This document shows positions 37,352 through 46,944 of a stretch of DNA of 64,000 bases, one piece after another; position 1 is the stretch's first letter; each line of letters begins with the position of its first letter. The notes below the pieces were generated by a model that worked only from the letters and a program-made list of their open reading frames with translations, ran no database searches and was not told the origin of the DNA. The position numbers were made by a program, and so were the translations under genes. Source of the stretch: an uncultured Candidatus Saccharibacteria bacterium (GTDB taxonomy: Bacteria; Patescibacteriota; Saccharimonadia; Saccharimonadales; UBA4665); contig CAWIDU010000001.1 of NCBI GenBank assembly GCA_963835055.1, forward strand, positions 124,182 through 188,181. Reading direction: 5' to 3'.

Positions 37352-37438
37352 CGTCGTCCGAAGGACGTGAAAACGTCAATGTATTTTAACAAACAGGGGT
37401 AGAAATGTCAATTGGCACTGGAGCGGTGCAAGAAAAAG

Positions 37439-37858
37439 TCAACCCAGGACTGGAAATGCTTCTGATATGGCTGGTAGCTGGGCGCTGGCCGGCGGCGGCT
37501 GGACCGGGTTAGGCAGGTCGGCTGTGTAGCTCAGCGCCACGCTGGCCGGCACGATCAGCTCTTGTTCGCCAGCAGCCCCCAGACCGAAATTCTGCCGGGC
37601 CGCCAGCTCCAGATACTGGTTGCTGTTGTAATAACTGTTTTGCAGCGACAGATTGGTGTTCTTGAGCTGTTGGATATTGTTCTGCTGCTTGAGCACCGAA
37701 ATTTGTTTCTGCAAGCCGTAGTTGGTCTGGATAGTTTTGATGCCGCTCCAACTGATCAGCAGGACGACAATCACGAACAGCAACTGCCCGACGAAGCGGA
37801 CGTCGTTGAGGCGCTGCAAGAACGCTAGAACCTTTTCGATGTACTTTTTTATTTTCAT
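37439..37858 (-). CDS. FtsB/DivIC-like septum formation initiator
   Basis: N-terminal TM segment, coiled coil (ISVLKQQNNIQQLKNTNLSLQ), then YLELAARQNFGLGAAGEQELIV. Confidence 0.7.
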   Translation of the reverse strand: MKIKKYIEKVLAFLQRLNDVRFVGQLLFVIVVLLISWSGIKTIQTNYGLQKQISVLKQQNNIQQLKNTNLSLQNSYYNSNQYLELAARQNFGLGAAGEQELIVPASVALSYTADLPNPVQPPPASAQLPAISEAFPVLG

Positions 37859-37931
37859 GGAACCGTAACCATCATTATATAACTTCTACCAAATTCTGCT
37901 ATACTCGTCATCTGTTACCAACTGGTCGCAC

Positions 37932-38007
37932 GGGGGTGTAGCTCAGTGGTTAGAGCAGTCGGCTCATAACTGATTGGTCCTTGGTTCAAATCCAAGCACC
38001 CCCACCA
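37932..38007 (+). tRNA. tRNA with CAU anticodon (elongator-type: Met or Ile2)
   Basis: Acceptor GGGGGUG/CACCCCC, D-arm GCUC/GAGC, anticodon stem GUCGG/CUGAU, loop CUCAUAA, T-arm CUUGG-UUCAAAU-CCAAG, encoded CCA. Confidence 0.9.
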
Positions 38008-38084
38008 ATTTTGCTGTCCACTTGAAATGTAGCTTATCGGAGCCTATAGTCAGAATTAGTAATAACTTAAACTCTCAAATAAAC

Positions 38085-39074
38085 ATGGCAAGCGCATTAG
38101 AAGTCAGCGGAGTTATACAGGCCGAGCAAAGAATGGGTGAAGTTATAGCTAAGCGCTACGAACTGCGTGACGTTATAGCGTCCACCAGTCAATCAATTAT
38201 TCATCGAGCGCTTGACTGTGTCGAAGGCGTGCCAGTGGCTATAAAAGAGTTTTACGAACCCGACAGTGATGCCCGGAATCGGGTAAATTTAGAGATCGCT
38301 ACTCACCTAGCCCTAACCGGTAAGCCGCATATTGCGCCGTTACATGACAATGAAGTTCATACCATGCCCGGCGACAACCAGCGAGCCATTGTCTTGAAGT
38401 TGGCCGGCGGCGGTTCGCTGGGCATGATAATGTCTCATACTGCTGAGTCGACCGGGACGATGGAAATGGCCGCTTTTGCGACACAGCAAGCTGCTAATCC
38501 CCGAACTACTAAAGTCGATGTCGATGTCGTGACCGAAATGGCCCTTGATATGGTCACGGCAGTCGAGTCGGTGCACGCCGCCGGCCTAATACACGGCGAC
38601 ATCAAACCCGGTAATATACTTTTCGATCATCAGGAAGGAGCGTGGTGGCTGGCTGATTTCGGCATTGTTCAAATCATGGACGGCGAAGTTTCGTCGGAGC
38701 TCAGAAGTGCCATCCAGAGCCTGGGCGCCACGGCCCTGGCGAAGTCATATAATCCATCAGAAACCATCGCAGGGACTTTCGGTTTCATCGCGCCCGAACG
38801 AGGCTTCGCCGGAGCTGAGGCTCAGCCGCCGAACGACATTTATGGCCTAGGTGTAACTATGTACCAAGCTACAACCGGAAGCTTACCTTACGACGAAATA
38901 AGTGACCTAAGGGAATACTTTTTACTAGTCCAGGGTAATCCGCCAGACGCAATTCGTACTTTCCGACCGGAAGTGCCGGTGGTCTTCGAAGCAGTCGTCA
39001 TGAGTTGCCTGGAACCCCAACCCAAAAATCGGCCGACTCTAGCGGATTTGCGTACTGAATTAATGTCTATCTGA
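38085..39074 (+). CDS. Ser/Thr protein kinase (Hanks-type), cytosolic, no extra domains
   Basis: I prefer the ATG at 38085, because the ORF-track start would overlap the tRNA. VAIKEF Lys, HGDIKPGNILF catalytic loop, DFG, APE. Confidence 0.85.
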   Translation: MASALEVSGVIQAEQRMGEVIAKRYELRDVIASTSQSIIHRALDCVEGVPVAIKEFYEPDSDARNRVNLEIATHLALTGKPHIAPLHDNEVHTMPGDNQRAIVLKLAGGGSLGMIMSHTAESTGTMEMAAFATQQAANPRTTKVDVDVVTEMALDMVTAVESVHAAGLIHGDIKPGNILFDHQEGAWWLADFGIVQIMDGEVSSELRSAIQSLGATALAKSYNPSETIAGTFGFIAPERGFAGAEAQPPNDIYGLGVTMYQATTGSLPYDEISDLREYFLLVQGNPPDAIRTFRPEVPVVFEAVVMSCLEPQPKNRPTLADLRTELMSI

Positions 39075-40023
39075 CTCTAGCTGTCTGTAGCAAGTCAAGC
39101 AACTGCTCGGTGCTGCTGGCGTGCATCAAATCTTCTCTTAGCTCCTTGGCGCCGTCGAAACCGTTGATATAAATTTTGCAAAATTTGTTGAGCGTCACAA
39201 TCGGGCGCTCGTTGTGCCTCCAGGTTTCGGCGAATAATTTAACATGCCTTTTGTACAAATCTATTTTCTGCTCAGGCGTGAAAGTTTGCCACGGGCTATC
39301 CTCTGCGAAAGCGAACGGGTCGGCGAAGACGCCACGGCCGATCATGATACCGTCCAACTTATATTTTTCGGCCAACTCCAATCCATGCTGGCGGTTTTCG
39401 ACGTCGCCATTGCCGATAATTAGCGTGCTAACTTTTAATTTATCCCTGATTTCCCGCACTTTGCCGATTTCATCCCAATGCGCCGGCACTTTGCTCATCT
39501 CGTTGCGGGTGCGGCCATGGATGATCAGGGCGTCCAAATCTTGTTTTAGTAAAAATTCCGGCCATGACAGATCAATTTCGCTCAGGCCGAGCCGCGTTTT
39601 GACCGAAACCGGCAGACCACCAGCGCCTTCACGCGTGGCCTTGATAATTTCGGCGGCTAGCGGTCGGTTATCGACCATCGCCACGCAGCAACCGTTTTTG
39701 ACGACGGCTTTGTCCGGGCACCCGAAGTTGATATCGACACCGTCGTAACCCATCTTCACTAAATCAGCAGCCGTTTTGCGGAAGTTTTCCGGCTGCTTGC
39801 CCCAAATCTGGGCAATGATCGGTCGGTCTTTCTCCGAAAATTTAAGGCGGAAATCCAGCTTGCCCCGTCCGTTGCTCTGCAAACCATCAGCATTCACGAA
39901 TTCAGTGAAAAACAAATCAGGCGGCGCGCAGTCAGCAATAATCTGACGAAAAACGGTATCCGTCACGTCATACAACGGCGCCAATACAAAAATGGGGCGC
40001 CGAGCGTCCCGCCATACATTCAT
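39067..40023 (-). CDS. dus: tRNA-dihydrouridine synthase
   Basis: LAPLYDVTDTVFRQI, INFGCP, K..G...M, HGRT motifs of the Dus TIM barrel. Confidence 0.9.
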   Translation of the reverse strand: MNVWRDARRPIFVLAPLYDVTDTVFRQIIADCAPPDLFFTEFVNADGLQSNGRGKLDFRLKFSEKDRPIIAQIWGKQPENFRKTAADLVKMGYDGVDINFGCPDKAVVKNGCCVAMVDNRPLAAEIIKATREGAGGLPVSVKTRLGLSEIDLSWPEFLLKQDLDALIIHGRTRNEMSKVPAHWDEIGKVREIRDKLKVSTLIIGNGDVENRQHGLELAEKYKLDGIMIGRGVFADPFAFAEDSPWQTFTPEQKIDLYKRHVKLFAETWRHNERPIVTLNKFCKIYINGFDGAKELREDLMHASSTEQLLDLLQTARVR

Positions 40024-40045
40024 GAAAACTTATTATAAAGGAGTT

Positions 40046-40345
40046 CTATGGAGCTGTGGAAATGAAAGCGGCTACAACCCTTACTGGCGCCACCCGTCTC
40101 AACTCTTCAATCGCTCGATCTCGTGGAGTCTCTAGATCAACTGATCTGGCTTCTACGGGCGGCGATGATTCTGTAGGGAACATTGCGGCTCTCACAGCCA
40201 TCGCTCCGTTGACATCACGCTTAACGGCATCATCACGAGCGCGCCGCTCCTTAAGAGCACCCGGCGACCAACCACCTAACAGATGCCTGCTATCCGCTAT
40301 TCTTCGTTCTCGTTGCCTATCCAATATATTTGCCCTCCTTAACAT
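40046..40345 (-). CDS. Hypothetical Arg-rich 99-aa protein (weak call)
   Basis: Competes with the + strand ORF 40056..40487. I chose it only because it shares a strand with its neighbours. Confidence 0.3.
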   Translation of the reverse strand: MLRRANILDRQRERRIADSRHLLGGWSPGALKERRARDDAVKRDVNGAMAVRAAMFPTESSPPVEARSVDLETPRDRAIEELRRVAPVRVVAAFISTAP

Positions 40346-40403
40346 AGAGCAGTATAGCTCTAGGAGCTGGACCCGCGCTGTAAGATTATCGACTTATGAT
40401 AAT

Positions 40404-40787
40404 TTAAGAATCTTCGTAGCCAGGAATTTGACGCCTAATATGATCTGGGATGCGGCCCCGATCAGCGAAAGCTTGGCCGCGGGCTGATAGGTGACGTTTC
40501 GGTAACTCGACGCGTGGAGGACGGGGCGCGGTGTTGACGCCGGCTTCAGCCGGAGTTTGTGAAGTGCGATCGACCATACGCTGGGTGAAGCCAGAGCCAT
40601 TTTCCAGGTTTTTGGCCTTTAGCTCAACTAGCTCGGGATCCAAGGTCGCGACATGGCTAGTGTCGCCTACGCGGCTGATTCTAATGTCCAGTTCGGCCTG
40701 GGCTGCTGCTCGGGCGGCTATTCGAGCAGCCGCTTCTTCTTCGGCGAATAGCTGGAGTTGATGAGGGTGGCCGTTTTCGATTGACAT
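40404..40787 (-). CDS. Hypothetical 127-aa protein
   Basis: ORF with an Ala-rich helix (EEEAAARIAARAAAQAE); no recognisable motif. Confidence 0.5.
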   Translation of the reverse strand: MSIENGHPHQLQLFAEEEAAARIAARAAAQAELDIRISRVGDTSHVATLDPELVELKAKNLENGSGFTQRMVDRTSQTPAEAGVNTAPRPPRVELPKRHLSARGQAFADRGRIPDHIRRQIPGYEDS

Positions 40788-40834
40788 GTCTGTATTATAT
40801 CACGCTTATGCAAATTTGACAAGAACTCAGAGTT

Positions 40835-41947
40835 CTATTCCCACTTGAAAACACGGAAGGCGACGGCGTAAATTATGACGAACCAGACGGCGATCAGGCC
40901 GAGTTGCGGGCCGATTTGCCAGAGATTTTTGCCCTCGGTGGTTAGGAAGCGCAGGCCGTCAATCACCGGTGTCAGCGGCAGATAGGTAGTAACATGCTGC
41001 AGCCAGTTGGGCATCAAGAAACGCGGGAAGAACGTGCCGGACAGGAAAAGCATCGGGAAAACGACAATGTTGCTGAGCGGCGCTGCTTGGCGCTCGTTCT
41101 TGGCCCAACCGCCAATCGCCAGGCCAAGACCCAGGATCATGAAAATGCTGAGGGCCGCGAAAATGGCTATTTCTAGATAGTTGCCATCAATCTTGAGATG
41201 AAAAACTTCGATGGCGACAATGAATTGGATAATAATCGAGATGATACCGATGGCCGCTTGGCTGAACATGGTGGCTAGGAAATACTGCCAGACGCGCAGC
41301 GGCGTGGTGTGCAGCCGGCGCAGGATGCCCTGCTTCTTGAGCTCCGGGAAAACGTTGACCGGGCCGAAAATACCGATGCCGATAATCGAGAAGCCGAGCA
41401 GGCCGGAGAACGTGTAGTCGAAACTGGTCAGACCTTTCTGGTTGATCTGTTGGCCGGTCGCCGAGAAAGGTTGTTGGACCTTGACGAATTTGGCGTTCAG
41501 CTGCTTGAAGCTGCCCTGCAGCACGGTGGTCAGGGTTTCGCCGGTGCCGGAGGTCGTCTCGTTGTAGAGGACTTCGGCCTGGCCGGAGGGGTAGGCCTGG
41601 CCCTTGGCGACGGCGCCGAAATTGGGCGGTAGGACGATGATGCCGTCGATTTGGCTTTTGCTCATCTTGTCCTCGGCGCTGGCAACGGTGGTCAGCGATT
41701 TGTCGATTTTGAATGTCTTGCTGGACTCTAGCTGGCTGGTCAGGCTGCGGGCGAAGCTAGTCGGTGACTGGTTAATCAGCGCCACATTGAAGCTGACATT
41801 GCCGCCGCCCTTGCTGAGGCTACCGAAAACAAACAGGAAAATCAGCGGGAATAGCACGGTGAAGAACTGGGCCAGCCGGTCGCGGAAAAAGCGCCGAGTA
41901 CTCAGCTTGGTGAAAACCATGACGGTTCGTAGTTGGTTGATCTTCAT
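40835..41947 (-). CDS. ABC-2 type transporter permease
   Basis: 370 aa with a large first extracytoplasmic loop and six C-terminal TM segments. Follows the ABC ATPase with a 1-nt gap. Confidence 0.85.
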   Translation of the reverse strand: MKINQLRTVMVFTKLSTRRFFRDRLAQFFTVLFPLIFLFVFGSLSKGGGNVSFNVALINQSPTSFARSLTSQLESSKTFKIDKSLTTVASAEDKMSKSQIDGIIVLPPNFGAVAKGQAYPSGQAEVLYNETTSGTGETLTTVLQGSFKQLNAKFVKVQQPFSATGQQINQKGLTSFDYTFSGLLGFSIIGIGIFGPVNVFPELKKQGILRRLHTTPLRVWQYFLATMFSQAAIGIISIIIQFIVAIEVFHLKIDGNYLEIAIFAALSIFMILGLGLAIGGWAKNERQAAPLSNIVVFPMLFLSGTFFPRFLMPNWLQHVTTYLPLTPVIDGLRFLTTEGKNLWQIGPQLGLIAVWFVIIYAVAFRVFKWE

Positions 41948-41948
41948 A

Positions 41949-42708
41949 CTAAGTCCTCAGCCCCCGGCCAGTTAAATCGATGAAAACGTCTTCCAGATTG
42001 GCTTGCTCGACCCGTTGGTCTTTCTTGAAACCGCGTTTCAGCAGCTGCTTAATCAGATTGTGGGGCGTGTCGAGGGCGATGATTTTGCCGTTGTCCATAA
42101 TGGCCACCCGATCACACAGAACTTCGGCTTCTTCCATGTAATGAGTCGTCATGATGACCGTCACGCCCTTGTCACGGACTTTTTTGGTCAGATCCCAGAG
42201 ATTCCGGCGGGCCTGGGGGTCGAGTCCGGTGGTCGGCTCGTCGAGGAAGAAGACTTTCGGCTGGTGGACGAGGGCGGCGGCGATGCTCAGGCGCTGGCGC
42301 TGGCCGCCAGATAGCTGCTCAGCGAAATTCTCGGTCTGTTTGCCTAGTTGTACATCGTCCAGAAACTCCTGGACATTGACCCGCTCACCATAAGCCGCGG
42401 CGAACATTTCAATGATTTCGGTGATTTTCTGTTTGTCTTGGAAGGCTGGCGACTGGGGTTGGACGCCGATGATTTTCTTGACCTCATTGGGGCTGCTCGG
42501 CAACATTTAACCCGTTAAGGGTGATTGTACCGCCATCAATTGGTCGCATAGTCTCGATCATCTCTAGCGTCGTGGTCTTGCCGGCGCCGTTGGGGCCGAG
42601 AATGCCGAAAATTTCGCCTTTTTGGACCTCGAAGGAAATGCCGTCAACGGCGACTTTGTCACCATAGACCTTTTTCAGATCTTTGACTTTTAGAATTGCA
42701 TCAGCCAT
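41949..42708 (-). pseudogene. ABC transporter ATP-binding protein interrupted by one single-nucleotide insertion
   Basis: The N-fragment 42484..42708 carries Walker A (GPNGAGKTT). The C-fragment 41949..42506 carries LSGGQRQRL and FFLDEPTTGLD. The frame break lies near 42498-42503. Confidence 0.85.
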
Positions 42709-42728
42709 GTACTTGAATCAATTATAAC

Positions 42729-42758
42729 AAAAAAACACCCAGCCGAAACTGGGTGTTT
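42729..42758 (-). terminator. Rho-independent terminator after the 64-aa gene
   Basis: Minus strand reads AACACCCAG-tttcgg-CTGGGTGTT followed by TTTTTT. Confidence 0.7.
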
Positions 42759-42776
42759 TATAAACTAACCGAGAAC

Positions 42777-42971
42777 TTACTTGCGCTTGACGGTCAGGAA
42801 ACCGTTGCGTGGGTTTTCGTTAACTTCCATGCCGGCTGGCAGATCAGAGGCTTCTGGGCGCTCATCCTTGCTGAAGTAGTAGATTGTTTGCTTCTTGCCA
42901 CCGCGCAGGGTAACGCTCTTGGAATTTAAGTGATATGTAACACCCTTGGAGTTAGTGTGCTTGTATGCCAT
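42777..42971 (-). CDS. Small basic 64-aa protein, unknown function
   Basis: MAYKHTNSKGVTYHLNSK...; a clean ORF with its own terminator. Confidence 0.65.
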   Translation of the reverse strand: MAYKHTNSKGVTYHLNSKSVTLRGGKKQTIYYFSKDERPEASDLPAGMEVNENPRNGFLTVKRK

Positions 42972-43147
42972 GTAGCTCTCCCTCTCCTTACCGTTAGTAA
43001 TGTACCCCTAACATACTCTGGTGGGATTTTGTTTGTCAACCCCTAATTGGTTTTCGCTGTCTGTAATTTTACAGTTGCACCGGCCGTCCAGCTATACTAC
43101 ACTGATTGCAGTAAACATAAGTAATAAAGAGGTGGAGTAAACAAGGT

Positions 43148-43750
43148 ATGGATTTTTCGAATCGTCCCGCACAAGCACCGGCCGCCCCGGCTGCGCATTC
43201 TAGCGCTGGGTCTTCCAGCGGCAGAAAGGGTAAAAATCGAGATAAGTGGGCACGTGTTGGCGTTGTCTCAGCGGTGGCCTCAGTGGTCATTCTGCTGGTC
43301 GGGCTAGTCGTGCTAATCGGTTTCGGCAACAGTAATAACGAGGGAAAGTACGTCGACACGTCCAAACTCCAGGCCGTCTTCCTTAATACTGGCCAGGTTT
43401 ACTTCGGTAATATCACCGCCCTTAACAGCAGATACTTCGTCCTGACGAACATTTACTACCTGCAAACCACCAGCAATTCTGCCAGTTCGACCACCGCTGC
43501 CGCCTCAAGCACTGCCAGCAATAACGTTACCCTAGTCAAGCTAGGTTGCGAGATCCACCAACCGTACGATCAAATGATCCTCAACAGCACCCAGGTGACT
43601 TTCTGGGAGAACCTACAGTCCTCCGGTCAAGTCGCCCAAGCGGTTTCGACTTTCCAGAAGGACAACCCCAACGGTCAGAAGTGTAGCGACCAGAGCAGCA
43701 GCTCATCTTCGACGACTAACTCTGTACAAAGCGCCGGCACCAAACAGTAG
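43148..43750 (+). CDS. Membrane-anchored 200-aa protein, unknown function
   Basis: RBS AAAGAGGTGGAG. One TM segment (VVSAVASVVILLVGLVVLIGF) and an S/T-rich linker. Confidence 0.75.
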   Translation: MDFSNRPAQAPAAPAAHSSAGSSSGRKGKNRDKWARVGVVSAVASVVILLVGLVVLIGFGNSNNEGKYVDTSKLQAVFLNTGQVYFGNITALNSRYFVLTNIYYLQTTSNSASSTTAAASSTASNNVTLVKLGCEIHQPYDQMILNSTQVTFWENLQSSGQVAQAVSTFQKDNPNGQKCSDQSSSSSSTTNSVQSAGTKQ

Positions 43751-44299
43751 CCAGCTAGCGATGGCTAGTAACATGGTCCAGCCAGCCAGGTCTGACGACC
43801 AGGTCGGACTGACGAAATCGAACTCGTATAGCGCCGTCGGAATGGTAGGCAGCGCGGTGTCGTGGCTCTCGACATATTGCTCGATACACGGCACGCGGTA
43901 GCGGCCGGAGAAACCGGTTGGGATTTGAGCTTGGCAGTAGCCCTGGGCATCGGTGTAAAGCTGGCTATTGGCTTGGGCGGCGCTAGCGCTCTCGGCGTCA
44001 AGCAGCCGTTGATAGGTATACTTGAGCTGAATGGGCGGATAGACGGCGCTCGAGCCGCTACTCAGATTAGTATTCATATGGGTCGTGACGTAGGCCTGCA
44101 GCCGCTGTAAGGTGCCCTGGACATCACCATTGTTCTGGTCAGCGGCATAGACGGCGTTGCGCAGCTTGAGCATGTGCTCGTTGTTGGCCCTGAGGGCGAA
44201 AACGCAAGTAAGCGTCATAATCACGGCGAAGGCCAACAAATACCACGGCTTAACTTTATGGATTTTCGTCCACAGGTGATGGAGGTGGCGCTTGTTCAC
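43703..44299 (-). CDS. Membrane protein with N- and C-terminal TM segments, unknown function
   Basis: 198 aa. The 3' end overlaps the convergent gene by 48 nt. Confidence 0.7.
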   Translation of the reverse strand: MNKRHLHHLWTKIHKVKPWYLLAFAVIMTLTCVFALRANNEHMLKLRNAVYAADQNNGDVQGTLQRLQAYVTTHMNTNLSSGSSAVYPPIQLKYTYQRLLDAESASAAQANSQLYTDAQGYCQAQIPTGFSGRYRVPCIEQYVESHDTALPTIPTALYEFDFVSPTWSSDLAGWTMLLAIASWLLFGAGALYRVSRRR

Positions 44300-44331
44300 G
44301 CTTAAGATTATATCTTATGTATACTTAAGCT

Positions 44332-45618
44332 ATGCACATCTACTTTTCTGGGATTGGTGGCGCCGGCATGGGACCGCTGGCTCAAATCGCCCACCAAGCG
44401 GGTTACAAAGTTTCCGGCTCCGACCAACAAGCCTCACAATATATTGATTATCTGAAGCAGCATGGCATCGCCGACATTCACATCGGCCAAACGCCTGAAA
44501 ACATCGCCGCCACGCATGACAAAACGCCCATCGACTGGCTGGTCTACAGCTCGGCCATAACATTAGACAATCCAGAGCTGAAATTTTGCCAGGAGCAGGA
44601 TATTAAAACCTCCAAACGCGACGAATTTTTGAAACAAATTTTGACTGATCATAAATTACAAATGATCGCCGTTGCCGGCACTCACGGCAAAACAACGACC
44701 ACAGCTCTGGTGACTTGGCTGTTCACCGAGCTGCAAGAGCCGGTTAGCTATCTGTTGCCGGCCAAAACCAGTTTCGCTGAGATGGGCAAGTTTGAAGCCA
44801 AGGGCAAATATTTCATCTACGAAGCCGACGAGTTCGACCGCAATTTCCTGGCTTTCGAGCCATATGTCAGCATCATTACCGGGGTCAGCTGGGATCACCA
44901 CGAGATTTTCCCGACCCGCGAAGATTATCAGGAGGCTTTCAAGGAATTTATCAGTCAGAGCGAATGGACAGAGTTGTGGCAAGAGGATTACGACTACCTC
45001 GGCCTGGAGCCGAATGACCATTACGCCATCATGGACGCCGCCAACCCCGACATCGATAGGTTAAAACTGGCTGGCCGCTACAACCGCCTCGACGCTTGGC
45101 TGGCCGCCAAGGCCGTTCGACAACTGACCCAGAAACCGCTGGAAGAAATTCTGGAATTAGTTAATCGCTTCCCTGGCGTATCGCGCCGCATGGAACAGAT
45201 TATCCCGAACCTCTACTCCGATTACGCCCACACGCCGGAGAAGATCCGCGGGGCCCTGAGCGTCGCCACGGAAATGGCGGCCGCCAAAGGGCAAAAAGTC
45301 ATCATTGTTTACGAGCCGCTGACCAACCGCCGGCAGCACTACATGCTCGATGAGTACAAGGATGCTTTCGCCGGTGCTGGCCGAGTCTACTGGCTGCCCA
45401 GTTACCTGGCCCGCGAAGATCCGGCCCAGCGCGTCATCCCACCAGAGGAGTTAATTTCGCATCTCGACGACCCTAGCCTCGCCGAGCCAATGGCCCGCGA
45501 CGAGAAGTTGAAAGCCGCCATTCAGAAACATTTAGATAATGGCGACATGGTTGTCGGCCTAGCCGGCGGTGGCGGCGATTCCCTAGATGATTGGCTACGA
45601 GAAGAATTTGCCGCATGA
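44332..45618 (+). CDS. murC: Mur ligase family protein, MurC-like (UDP-N-acetylmuramate--L-alanine ligase)
   Basis: FSGIGGAGMGPLA N-terminus, AVAGTHGKTTTT P-loop, EADEFDRNF, DYAHTPEKI. Confidence 0.7.
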   Translation: MHIYFSGIGGAGMGPLAQIAHQAGYKVSGSDQQASQYIDYLKQHGIADIHIGQTPENIAATHDKTPIDWLVYSSAITLDNPELKFCQEQDIKTSKRDEFLKQILTDHKLQMIAVAGTHGKTTTTALVTWLFTELQEPVSYLLPAKTSFAEMGKFEAKGKYFIYEADEFDRNFLAFEPYVSIITGVSWDHHEIFPTREDYQEAFKEFISQSEWTELWQEDYDYLGLEPNDHYAIMDAANPDIDRLKLAGRYNRLDAWLAAKAVRQLTQKPLEEILELVNRFPGVSRRMEQIIPNLYSDYAHTPEKIRGALSVATEMAAAKGQKVIIVYEPLTNRRQHYMLDEYKDAFAGAGRVYWLPSYLAREDPAQRVIPPEELISHLDDPSLAEPMARDEKLKAAIQKHLDNGDMVVGLAGGGGDSLDDWLREEFAA

Positions 45619-46037
45619 AAAAAGTTTATTTCGCCTGTTCGATCCGTGGCGGGCGAGATGATGCTGATACCTATAGCGACTTGGTGGCAGTCATCAAAAA
45701 ATACGCCGAAGTCCTGACCGAGGTTTTCGCCGACAAGGAGTTGACGACCGCCGGATCAGCCGGACCGTCGGGTGATATTTGGAGTAAAGATATCCGCTGG
45801 ATAGGCCAGGCGGATGCCTTGATCGCCGAGGTTACTAAACCGTCACTTGGCGTCGGTTACGAAATCGCGCGGGCCGAAAAAATGAGTAAGCCAGTTCTCT
45901 GCCTGTTCCGGCCGGAGGGCGAACGCAAGCTGTCAGCCATGATTGACGGCAGTCCGGGCGCCACAGTTTTCGAATACATTGACATGACCAGCGCCGAGCA
46001 CGCTATTAGTACGTTTCTCGGTCAGCTTAAAGTTTGA
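45615..46037 (+). CDS. 2'-deoxynucleoside 5'-phosphate N-hydrolase (DNPH1/Rcl-like, nucleoside deoxyribosyltransferase superfamily)
   Basis: ATGA overlap with the upstream gene. VYFACSIRGGRDD...AEVTKPSLGVGYEIARAE...PVLCLFRP. Confidence 0.8.
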   Translation: MKKVYFACSIRGGRDDADTYSDLVAVIKKYAEVLTEVFADKELTTAGSAGPSGDIWSKDIRWIGQADALIAEVTKPSLGVGYEIARAEKMSKPVLCLFRPEGERKLSAMIDGSPGATVFEYIDMTSAEHAISTFLGQLKV

Positions 46038-46488
46038 TTATTTGCCGCGGGTCGGCCGGAAAGTTTTTGCTGTCAAACAACACTATTTTTGTCGGTGACA
46101 ATTTATAAAATCTATGAGCGTTTTTACCCTCTTTGATATCGCTCAGTAGCGTTTCACGATGGCCATGCTTATGCACAAAGGCTGGGCCGACTTCGTTTGT
46201 CAGTGGCTCGTCCGTCATCACGGCATTGCCGATAACCGACAGGCCGATGACGTAATCTTCATCCGCCGTATTTTCATGCACTAGCAAGGCAGTGGCGACT
46301 TTGGGGTTTTGCTGCACGTGTTGTGAATGAAGGCGTGCTTCGGTGCTTATCCAGTAAAGGTTGAACTTGTCGTCGGCATAAAAATGAAGGTTGCAGACCC
46401 ACGGCTGATTATCCATTGCCGTAGCGAGCTGCATGACATTAACCTGCTGCAAATATTGGCGCACTAATTCTTCAGCATTCATAGTCAC
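46027..46488 (-). CDS. Pyridoxamine 5'-phosphate oxidase-like FMN-binding protein
   Basis: VMQLATAMDNQPWVCNLHFYADDKFNLYWIS pattern of the PNPOx-like split barrel. Confidence 0.7.
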   Translation of the reverse strand: MTMNAEELVRQYLQQVNVMQLATAMDNQPWVCNLHFYADDKFNLYWISTEARLHSQHVQQNPKVATALLVHENTADEDYVIGLSVIGNAVMTDEPLTNEVGPAFVHKHGHRETLLSDIKEGKNAHRFYKLSPTKIVLFDSKNFPADPRQIIKL

Positions 46489-46491
46489 AGT

Positions 46492-46944
46492 CTACTCTTT
46501 CCAGCCCCATTCGGCATAGGTTTTGCCGAGGGCAACTTGGGCGAGAATAAAACGGCTGTTTGGTACAACATTCTTTGGCAATTCATTTGGATCAAACCAC
46601 ACAAGCTCCCCATGCGTTTGAGGTTCAGCGTTATGTAGCTCGCCTTTCCACTTGGTAACCTCAAAAACTAAGTCAACCCAATCACTGTCATCTCCATGCC
46701 GATGAACTGTCAGCACCGGTCTGAGATCAGAGGGCGTATATGAAACACCTGTTTCTTCTCGACCCTCCCTTACTGCAGTCTGCAAAAGACTCTCGCCTAT
46801 CTCAGTCTTACCGGCCGGCAACGCATAATGATTATTCATCCAGCCGGTGTTTTGGCGCAATACAAAGGCAACTTTGTTGCCTTTCCGAAATATCAAATAG
46901 GCGGCAATATACGGCGTTGCAGTAGCATATTTGGCCCGTTTCAT
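46492..46944 (-). CDS. NUDIX hydrolase
   Basis: Nudix box GKTEIGESLLQTAVREGREETGV. Confidence 0.85.
   Translation of the reverse strand: MKRAKYATATPYIAAYLIFRKGNKVAFVLRQNTGWMNNHYALPAGKTEIGESLLQTAVREGREETGVSYTPSDLRPVLTVHRHGDDSDWVDLVFEVTKWKGELHNAEPQTHGELVWFDPNELPKNVVPNSRFILAQVALGKTYAEWGWKE

Noticed and set aside
36993-37379. ORFs 36993-37379 (-) and 37033-37320 (+) overlapping the tRNA
   Set aside because: They run through a well-folded tRNA gene and its terminator, so they are spurious.
37974-38084. N-terminal extension of the Ser/Thr kinase ORF back to 37974
   Set aside because: It would overlap the 3' end of tRNA 37932-38007. The kinase domain begins after the ATG at 38085.
40056-40487. 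143-aa + strand ORF between dus and the ABC operon
   Set aside because: The product is Ser/Arg/Leu-rich and low-complexity. It overlaps two minus-strand ORFs that fit the local operon direction. Neither strand is convincing, so only a low-confidence minus-strand call was kept.
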